Made by a program: the position numbers and the translations under genes. This document shows positions 39,960 through 47,245 of a DNA stretch of 64,000 nt, one piece after another. The first letter of the stretch is position 1. Each line of letters starts with the position of its first letter. Under the pieces are notes generated by a model. The model searched no databases, had not been told where the DNA came from, and saw only the letters and a list, made by a program, of their open reading frames with translations. The DNA is from a virus, in IMG/VR virus record IMGVR_UViG_3300015050_001142, positions 31,586-95,585 of that record; one strand, written 5' to 3'.

Positions 39960-42496
39960 TAAAGAAACTCCTATTATTTCCATTAATTATTTGCAGCTTT
40001 TTATCTGTTAACGCACAATTTACCAATGCTGTACCAAGAGGTAATGCTAATACACTTGATTCAGTAATTGGTGGAATAAAGCCAAATCTTATGTTGGCCC
40101 TACCACAAACAATTTATGCAGATACAACTGCAGCTAATTTAAGTGTTGCAAGTAAATACCGTGGCTCATTAATTTTAACAGGATCAACTGGCGCATATAA
40201 AATTTGGTTTCGTACACTTAATCCAAATATGTGGAATTTATTTGCTACAGGATCTGGATCAGCGCAATTCAATCCAACTGCAGGATTTGGAATAACTCTT
40301 ACAGGTACATACCCCAATATAACATTTACAGTAGATACTACTGTAATGGCTAAAAAGTCTTATGTACAAGAACTAAATGTTAATGGGGCATCAGGAGTAT
40401 CCTGGACAGGAGCATTTCCTGATTATAATATATCATTAGGGAATATTACTCCTTCATCTATTGTTTCAAGTGGAGCAATAACTGCATCGACTTCTTTGGC
40501 AGGAACGATTGTGACTGCATTACAGCCTAATATTACATTGGTAGGTACATTATCTAATTTGACTGTGGCTGGGACTATAACAGCTCATTCAGTAGTAACA
40601 ACAGCACTTGTAAAAAGTGCCAGAACAGATGTAAATTATGTATGGGAAGGAGACTCCAGATTTACCACTTATTTAGGAGAAACTTCTATTCCTACTTTAG
40701 TAATGGCGATGTCTAATTTTTCTGGTACCGGTACTTCTTATAATGTGGCATTAGGTGGTTCAAATATTAGTGATCTGTATGGAAGATATTTAGCCAACGT
40801 ATATCCGAAACGACCAACTGGCGGCATTACTGAAGCATATTTATTCGTTATGATAAATATTAACGATATTCAACAAAGAGCCAATCCTAATCCTTATTCT
40901 ATTGCTGATAGTACGTTGGGATATTGTAATATGGCTAAGAATGATGGATTTAAAGTGGTATTATTTTCTGCATTTTATGAGCATGATTTTACTCCAACTC
41001 AAGAACGTGCCAGGAAAAGATTAAATGATTCATTAAGAGCTGGATTTTCTAAGTATTATGTTTTCATCGACCTTGAAGAAATATTACCACCACAAAAAGA
41101 TGATCCATTCTATTTAGATATTACTCATCTTAATACAGCAGGAAATACACTTATTGCTAATTATATAAATGACAAATTCCCATTAGGTAATACCGGTAAT
41201 TCAATTATTCATAGAAGTTCAGACCAGGATATTTTTACTCCGAAAGATTATTTTAGAATAGCCGGCAGTGCGCGGATAACAGACACAATTGGCAGTGCAA
41301 TTGAATTTGTAAAACAAGGGTATTTTACTGATTTGACAATTGCTCCAGCACACACAATAGTTGGAAACGTTGCTACCGCTGATGCATTAGCTACAACCCG
41401 TTCAATAGGATCAAATGGAGATGTTACTGTATTATGGAATTTTAATGGTACATCTAATTTAACATCAACTGCTACATTAGCAACTGTAAACGGTAATGTT
41501 GGATCATTTACAAATGCTGATATTACTGTTGACGCAAAAGGCAGAATTTTAGCAGCATCTAATGGTTCACCTGGCGGTGTAACAACGCTTAGTGGTACAG
41601 CTAATCAAATAACAGCTTCTGCGAGTACGGGGGCAGTAACTCTATCAATACCATCAAATTTGATTGTATCAAGTTCTATTACAACAACAACTTTTCGCGG
41701 AACAGAATTGTATACTACACCTACTGGTGTTAATGCTGGAGTAGTGGTGAGCGATGCTTCGTATAATAATTCAATATACCCGCATGGTTTGATAGCAAGT
41801 CCTCTAAACTCCAACCGGGTAAGCGTTTTAATATCAAACGCTCCTTCTTCCAGCGGATACATAAGTGCTTATACAGCTTTAAATTCAGTAAGCATAGATA
41901 CTAACAGAGTAATCTTTAACCAGGCAGGAACAAGCGGGTCTTTACAACCAACAACTTTAACAACAAGTAGACAATGGTTATTACCTGATATTTCAGGAAC
42001 AATTGCTCTAACCAATTCAACAGAGGGTTTCCAAACAACTGGCATTATACAGGCGGGTGGATTGACAGCTACCGGTAATGTTACCGCAAACGGTTTTTCT
42101 GCTTCAGGAAGTTCTTTATTTAAAGATGTTGGATTTGGTGGGCCAGTGATAAGTGGCGGTGCTGGCGGTAATTGGGGCGCGTTTCATGGTTGGGGATCAG
42201 GGTATTCCGGTGGGATCGTATTAGCGTATAATGGTTCGCCAATGGGCTATGTGTACTATGACGGCACCGGCATTTCAATACTGGGGGCAAATACAACCAT
42301 GCCGATCATTGTAAGTGGACCGGTTGCTTTTGCTAAATACACTGTAGCCACTTTACCCTCATGTGCAACGGGGCAGAAAGGCTATCAGGCGTATGTCACT
42401 GATGCACTTGCACCCGCTTTTCTTGCAACAATCGTGGGGGGTGGATCAATAGGAACAAACGTATCTTGTAACGGAACTAACTGGGTAGCTCAATAA
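39956..42496 (+). CDS. Tail-fibre-like protein with SGNH/GDSL esterase domain and N-terminal Sec signal peptide
   Basis: EGDS (40649-40657), NVALGG, ININD, DITH (41118-41129) SGNH blocks; fibre-type segments (ITVDAKGRILAASNG, YTVATLP...CNGTNW); MIKKLLLFPLIICSFLSVNA-Q leader. Confidence 0.75.
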   Translation: MIKKLLLFPLIICSFLSVNAQFTNAVPRGNANTLDSVIGGIKPNLMLALPQTIYADTTAANLSVASKYRGSLILTGSTGAYKIWFRTLNPNMWNLFATGSGSAQFNPTAGFGITLTGTYPNITFTVDTTVMAKKSYVQELNVNGASGVSWTGAFPDYNISLGNITPSSIVSSGAITASTSLAGTIVTALQPNITLVGTLSNLTVAGTITAHSVVTTALVKSARTDVNYVWEGDSRFTTYLGETSIPTLVMAMSNFSGTGTSYNVALGGSNISDLYGRYLANVYPKRPTGGITEAYLFVMININDIQQRANPNPYSIADSTLGYCNMAKNDGFKVVLFSAFYEHDFTPTQERARKRLNDSLRAGFSKYYVFIDLEEILPPQKDDPFYLDITHLNTAGNTLIANYINDKFPLGNTGNSIIHRSSDQDIFTPKDYFRIAGSARITDTIGSAIEFVKQGYFTDLTIAPAHTIVGNVATADALATTRSIGSNGDVTVLWNFNGTSNLTSTATLATVNGNVGSFTNADITVDAKGRILAASNGSPGGVTTLSGTANQITASASTGAVTLSIPSNLIVSSSITTTTFRGTELYTTPTGVNAGVVVSDASYNNSIYPHGLIASPLNSNRVSVLISNAPSSSGYISAYTALNSVSIDTNRVIFNQAGTSGSLQPTTLTTSRQWLLPDISGTIALTNSTEGFQTTGIIQAGGLTATGNVTANGFSASGSSLFKDVGFGGPVISGGAGGNWGAFHGWGSGYSGGIVLAYNGSPMGYVYYDGTGISILGANTTMPIIVSGPVAFAKYTVATLPSCATGQKGYQAYVTDALAPAFLATIVGGGSIGTNVSCNGTNWVAQ

Positions 42497-42519
42497 ATTT
42501 TTCACTAAAATAAAATAAT

Positions 42520-42795
42520 ATGACAGATCAATTACAAGAGGTATCAACCACTAAAGATGTGAAAGGTACCGTAACTTTTGCACCAGGATCTCCATCCCCG
42601 ATATGGGCCACATGGACATTCAGAATTATCTTCTTAGCGAATAAGGCTGCAACTGTTCTTATTGCAGCCGAAGATATGTTCACAGATAAAATGAAAATTA
42701 AAATTTTCTTGTACATGAGTGCTGTTGATCTTTTTGTATGGGGTATTGCTAAAGGACTTGGTGTAAAGAAAAAAGATTTTGAAGATGTAAATTAA
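42520..42795 (+). CDS. Small membrane protein, holin candidate
   Basis: 91 aa, two hydrophobic segments, basic then acidic C-terminal tail; located after the fibre gene. Confidence 0.45.
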   Translation: MTDQLQEVSTTKDVKGTVTFAPGSPSPIWATWTFRIIFLANKAATVLIAAEDMFTDKMKIKIFLYMSAVDLFVWGIAKGLGVKKKDFEDVN

Positions 42796-42820
42796 TTATT
42801 CACAATAAATCAATCCAAAC

Positions 42821-43243
42821 ATGAGTATTTTTTCATTTCTTGGTGATCTCTTCCATAAAATATTTGGTGGACTCACAACCGAACAAAAACAAATCGTTAA
42901 AGTTAGCAGCGATATTATCAATGCAATAAAATCTGGCCAGGATTATGATGTTGCAGTTGAGAATGTGCTGAAGTTAATTCCAGAAGATTTGAAAGAGAAA
43001 TTTCTGAATAATATCATCCCTATTCTCTTTAAAGCAGGTTTAATCGATTCAGATCAATTTACAGTGCGGGAAGCCATTACTCATGCTGGAGAACGGGTTA
43101 AGGAACTAGATGGAGATATTCTTCATAATATTTCTCTTAACAACTTGGGGTACTTTCTCATCGATGTATTTGCCGATGGTAAAATAACCTGGAGTGATCT
43201 GGTGTTTCTTCCCCGGTTATTCTTTAAACATAAAACAACTTAA
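42821..43243 (+). CDS. Hypothetical protein with amphipathic N-terminal helix
   Basis: MSIFSFLGDLFHKIFGGL; in the putative lysis cluster. Confidence 0.5.
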   Translation: MSIFSFLGDLFHKIFGGLTTEQKQIVKVSSDIINAIKSGQDYDVAVENVLKLIPEDLKEKFLNNIIPILFKAGLIDSDQFTVREAITHAGERVKELDGDILHNISLNNLGYFLIDVFADGKITWSDLVFLPRLFFKHKTT

Positions 43244-43296
43244 TCGAATTTTAATGGTATGATTATTTTAATACCATATCTTTAAACTGTGATATT

Positions 43297-43581
43297 ATGA
43301 CAATCAAACAATTAGAAATGGAAATGGATAAACGACTCGAATCTATCGAAAAAGGCATGGGTTTAATGTCTAGCCAGGTGAAAGAAGTTTATGATGCACT
43401 TATGGGAAATAAAGTGGCTGGAGAAGCTGGTTTGACAGAGCGTATTAAAATGCTTGAAACACAAAGTGCTGCACATGAAAAGTTTCAAAATGTTATTCTT
43501 ACATCTTGGAAATTTCTGGGTATCATTGGTGCTATTGTAATGGCACTTGCCGGATTTCTAATTGGATATTATAAACGATAA
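43297..43581 (+). CDS. Coiled-coil protein with C-terminal TM helix (holin/XhlA-like candidate)
   Basis: Heptad N-terminus; FLGIIGAIVMALAGFLIGYY TM segment. Confidence 0.5.
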   Translation: MTIKQLEMEMDKRLESIEKGMGLMSSQVKEVYDALMGNKVAGEAGLTERIKMLETQSAAHEKFQNVILTSWKFLGIIGAIVMALAGFLIGYYKR

Positions 43582-43844
43582 TGAATTTACTTGAGATTGC
43601 ATCAGGATGGTACCATTACATTAATGGGAATCAAAGTACCCGACAATTGATGGATAAACGTCTACAGATCTGTGAATCTTGCCCCAACAAGGTTCAATTA
43701 TCTGGTACCGGACAAATCTTGGTTCAATCAATTCACGAAGAGGGATCTATTTATAAGTGTGGATTATGTGGATGTCCATTAGCAGCTCTCACCGCGAATC
43801 CATCATCAAGTTGTAAAGATAATCGTTGGCCAGCAGTAGGATAA
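43581..43844 (+). CDS. Small Cys-rich zinc-binding protein
   Basis: R..ICESCP...CGLCGC.L...C...W pattern common in Bacteroidota phages. Confidence 0.6.
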   Translation: MNLLEIASGWYHYINGNQSTRQLMDKRLQICESCPNKVQLSGTGQILVQSIHEEGSIYKCGLCGCPLAALTANPSSSCKDNRWPAVG

Positions 43845-43863
43845 ATGGCCGAAATCAAAAAAT

Positions 43864-43891
43864 AAACCACAGCCATTACAGCTGTGGTTTT
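43864..43891. terminator. Bidirectional terminator at the convergence of the structural and replication modules
   Basis: Perfect 10-bp stem AAACCACAGC-CATTACA-GCTGTGGTTT flanked by an A-run and a T-run. Confidence 0.8.
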
Positions 43892-43896
43892 CCTAT

Positions 43897-44511
43897 TCAG
43901 GATATGTGTATAGGGGTTAGTCGATTAATATCGAGATACGATTCATCCCCTGGAATACTAAGTAATTCATCCGAATCAGATAGTTCTACTATCGATCGCG
44001 GATTACTCAACTCAGTTTCCCACATGGCTCTTAACTGTGGATGCCTATCCAGTGCCAATAATCTTCCATCTGTTTCCGTTTGACCTTTCTTCGTTTGCTT
44101 ATAAGGCAATCGACTATATCTGATGATATGATCTTTCGCATCATTGGACATTAGACTGAAACGGCCAGTACGGAAATAAGTGATATCCGTTATCCATTTA
44201 ATTGGCACAAGAAATACTATATAATAGTAGCTTCGATCATCTTTGTAAGATGAGATATATTCCTTGTGTTTGTAGATATGTTGGTCAATCAAAGACTGAT
44301 CAAGTACCTGCACAATTAAACGGGTTTTGGATGGTAAACTATCTTTGGCAAGATAACAATTCACGAAGTTAGAAGACACGAAACTAAACTTGCTCAATTT
44401 GAGCAACGGTAAGATAAAATGGGTGCACAGATTTTCTCTCCGTAATTCTTCTATCAGCTTATGTGACATAGAACTGTTTTGTTTAGCTACATTATTCCTG
44501 AATGGATGCAA
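43897..44511 (-). CDS. Hypothetical phage protein
   Basis: 204-aa ORF overlapping the end of the exonuclease gene; true start uncertain. Confidence 0.6.
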   Translation of the reverse strand: MHPFRNNVAKQNSSMSHKLIEELRRENLCTHFILPLLKLSKFSFVSSNFVNCYLAKDSLPSKTRLIVQVLDQSLIDQHIYKHKEYISSYKDDRSYYYIVFLVPIKWITDITYFRTGRFSLMSNDAKDHIIRYSRLPYKQTKKGQTETDGRLLALDRHPQLRAMWETELSNPRSIVELSDSDELLSIPGDESYLDINRLTPIHIS

Positions 44512-45280
44512 ATCCAGATTTCTCTTTTCTTGCAGGTATTGTATGAATACAGTTATTAGCGATATATTCTAAATCATTTTTGTAAATATCAAAAAAGACA
44601 TGCTTATTGCACATTAATTGCACTGCTAATTTTGTTTCTTTGAATATAATTGGGCCATAGTAAGCTCCAAAATATTTAATGAATTCATTCATTACAGCGG
44701 TACCATAGAGAAGTGCATTATCCAACTCAGTGAGTACTTTTTCAGCTTTCTTGGGACCAAGACCTGGTACACCTTTGATGTTATCGGTACCATCTCCTGT
44801 GAGAATCTGTAGCCAGAAATTATATTTAGCTGTTTCTTCACTGATCAGTTCGGGTACCATTTCAGTTTTCTTGTAATCATAATGTACTCCAGGAATTTGT
44901 TTCATATCCTTATCAGGAGAACAAATAGTACAATCTGGAAATACTTCAGCCATTGCTCCCATGATATCATCAGCTTCAAGATCTCTTGGCGTTATAAATT
45001 TCCATTCACGTTCCAGGTATTGTTTAATAGGCTGTTCCCAGAATTTAAACCAATCAGGACGTTCCGGGCGTTCACCTTTGTATTTAGCATATTTATATTC
45101 CCGGTGACGGAAATTCTTATCACTTGAGAAGGTACCTAAATATGTATCTGCATGAGTCATTGTAAGAATAGTTCTCACAAAATCATCAGCTGCAGCTTCT
45201 ACAACCTGTACATCGGTGTGATCACGATGATTGTAGGCGAGTATATGCACGATTGAATCGGCATCGATCAAACTGACCAT
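44492..45280 (-). CDS. 5'-3' exonuclease (FEN/PIN fold, T7 gp6 / T5 D15-like)
   Basis: LIDADS, YKGER, EADD, DKDMKQIPG, GDGTDNIKGVPGLGPKKA (H3TH). Confidence 0.9.
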   Translation of the reverse strand: MVSLIDADSIVHILAYNHRDHTDVQVVEAAADDFVRTILTMTHADTYLGTFSSDKNFRHREYKYAKYKGERPERPDWFKFWEQPIKQYLEREWKFITPRDLEADDIMGAMAEVFPDCTICSPDKDMKQIPGVHYDYKKTEMVPELISEETAKYNFWLQILTGDGTDNIKGVPGLGPKKAEKVLTELDNALLYGTAVMNEFIKYFGAYYGPIIFKETKLAVQLMCNKHVFFDIYKNDLEYIANNCIHTIPARKEKSGFASIQE

Positions 45281-45281
45281 A

Positions 45282-45785
45282 TTAATGGAGTTTAGATATT
45301 TCGTTTACTAAGTCATTTGCACGAATCAATGCAGCTTTATTCTTTCTGAATTCTTCAAGTTCTATTCGATCTTTCATGATCTGCAGAAAGTCTTCTTTAT
45401 GAAGAATAGCAAAATGCCCTTGAGTTACAAATTGACCCATCTTATTACTCTTACCCTTATTCGATGTAAGCTTATGAAAGATCACATTAATAACACCTGG
45501 TACTTTAGGAATTCGTCCAAGTACATCAGCATATTTTAAATGAGTTGCATAATTCTTACATTGAACATTGTAAGGTAATCTACCATTGGTACCTTCATCT
45601 TTATTGATAAGATCGATTCCTTGTGCATCACGGGACCGGCTTTCCGATCGAGTGCTTACAACATGAGGAAATCCTGCATCAATAAGGAGATCTCTGCAGG
45701 TACGTTCATACGCATGGCCAGCATTTCTATTACGTGAAGTTCCACGTTTTGGTTTCACTATCTTTTCTTTTGGTTCTTTTTTCAT
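45282..45785 (-). CDS. PD-(D/E)xK nuclease, Holliday-junction resolvase-like
   Basis: NRNAGHAYER, GIDL, NVQCK. Confidence 0.75.
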   Translation of the reverse strand: MKKEPKEKIVKPKRGTSRNRNAGHAYERTCRDLLIDAGFPHVVSTRSESRSRDAQGIDLINKDEGTNGRLPYNVQCKNYATHLKYADVLGRIPKVPGVINVIFHKLTSNKGKSNKMGQFVTQGHFAILHKEDFLQIMKDRIELEEFRKNKAALIRANDLVNEISKLH

Positions 45786-45796
45786 TCAGCTAAGTT

Positions 45797-45833
45797 AAAA
45801 AGAAAACCCGATATCAAATGATACCGGGTCTTT
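45797..45833 (-). terminator. Terminator downstream of rIIB
   Basis: ACCCGATATCA/TGATACCGGGT inverted repeat with an A-run on the + strand (U-tract on -). Confidence 0.65.
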
Positions 45834-45854
45834 GTATATAAAACCAACTGACTG

Positions 45855-47099
45855 CTATCCTTTCAACGCATCATCAATATTCAACTTAGAACCTGATTCA
45901 GTTGAACCGGTACTGGTTGTTGCTTTTGTAATTGGTGCACCAAATGCCTGAGTTGTTTCCATCAGCTTTTGAGCTTCTTCCTGTTTCATTTTGGTCTGCT
46001 CAACAATCTCCTGTACCATCTTCGCATATTCAGCATCAGTGATCGCTGCATAAGTAGAAGAATGATAAATAGATTTGTTCGGGCCGGCGAATGATGAGAA
46101 TACAAAGTATTCTTTCACTGTCATAGCGCCATCATTACCATATCCAACACCAGCGATGGTATGAATATTAGCTGGATCAACAAAGATGTTATGAGTTACA
46201 GCATCTTCACCATTTTGGTACCCTCTGATATAATTAAGGCCACCACAATGAAGCCCTTTAGAGCCTGGTGAACTTACCTGATCCCATGATTCCAACCAAT
46301 GGCGTTGACCAACACGGATGAAATGTCCTTTCTTATCACCACAATAAAATTCATCGCCACGATCTTTCATTACATAAGGTTTGAAGAGACGATCTTCAAC
46401 TGCTGTAGGTTCGCTGTATGTAACGAATCCAGTATCAGGATCAACGTTCTTTTTGTAGCGACTTTTCTGAATTACTTCTTCATCGGCATTAAGCTCATAA
46501 CGTTCACGAACTTCTGCAGATACCTTATAACAAACAAGTAAACCTTCTTGAGTAATAGCAACCTGTGTTGTTGTAGATAATTCAGTAGCCATTTTATTGC
46601 TCAATCCTTCGTCATTCATTAACTTCTGAACTTTATCAGAGTTAACATACGGAGCATTGATATACTGATCAAAGAGTTCACCTCTTGCTTTAGTATATTT
46701 TGGACGACCTGGTACATCACGCAGGAAACGTACCCAACACTTAATCAATGGAGTTACATTAATGTTTTTCTCAACTGATTTCAAAATACGATCAACGAAT
46801 CCCTGCGGCAGTTCATAAGAACTTACTTTGCCATTGAATTGCAGATAGAATTTATTGCTGTGTCTGTTGACAAGAATATACGGGCACATTGTTTCAACAA
46901 GTTCTTTGTAACTCTCTTTGGTAAGAGGTTCAAATTCCTTGATAATGTCCTGCATTTCTTCAACTGTAGTCGCAGCATCTGCGCGATCTTGTAATGCAAG
47001 CATAAGATCATATTTCGTTTGATCGAAGCTTACACCGAATTGTTGCCCATTGAATGAGCCTGAGATTAGGTCATTGACCCTGTTCACGATTAACATCAT
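45855..47099 (-). CDS. rIIB: RIIB-like protein
   Basis: ITQEGLLVCYK, IRVGQ, SKGLHCG..NY, FVDPANI motifs; downstream of rIIA. Confidence 0.7.
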   Translation of the reverse strand: MMLIVNRVNDLISGSFNGQQFGVSFDQTKYDLMLALQDRADAATTVEEMQDIIKEFEPLTKESYKELVETMCPYILVNRHSNKFYLQFNGKVSSYELPQGFVDRILKSVEKNINVTPLIKCWVRFLRDVPGRPKYTKARGELFDQYINAPYVNSDKVQKLMNDEGLSNKMATELSTTTQVAITQEGLLVCYKVSAEVRERYELNADEEVIQKSRYKKNVDPDTGFVTYSEPTAVEDRLFKPYVMKDRGDEFYCGDKKGHFIRVGQRHWLESWDQVSSPGSKGLHCGGLNYIRGYQNGEDAVTHNIFVDPANIHTIAGVGYGNDGAMTVKEYFVFSSFAGPNKSIYHSSTYAAITDAEYAKMVQEIVEQTKMKQEEAQKLMETTQAFGAPITKATTSTGSTESGSKLNIDDALKG

Positions 47100-47245
47100 T
47101 TATGACGGTTTAATTTGTCCTTTACTTCTGCGATCTCGGCTTCGCATGTAGCCATATTGTCCAGGAGATCAGTATACCACCAAGGTAACTCATCCATTGT
47201 TTCAAGTTGAAGTACTAATCGACTGAAACTTACATCAATTAACAT
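47096..47245 (-). CDS. 49-aa protein wedged between rIIA and rIIB
   Basis: ATG at 47245 lies just inside the end of rIIA; its TGA overlaps the rIIB ATG; MLIDVSFSRL...KLNRHK (shorter version of the 129-aa track ORF). Confidence 0.55.
   Translation of the reverse strand: MLIDVSFSRLVLQLETMDELPWWYTDLLDNMATCEAEIAEVKDKLNRHK

Noticed and set aside
43826-44083. + strand 85-aa ORF crossing the convergence point
   Set aside because: Spans the bidirectional terminator and is antisense to a better-supported gene
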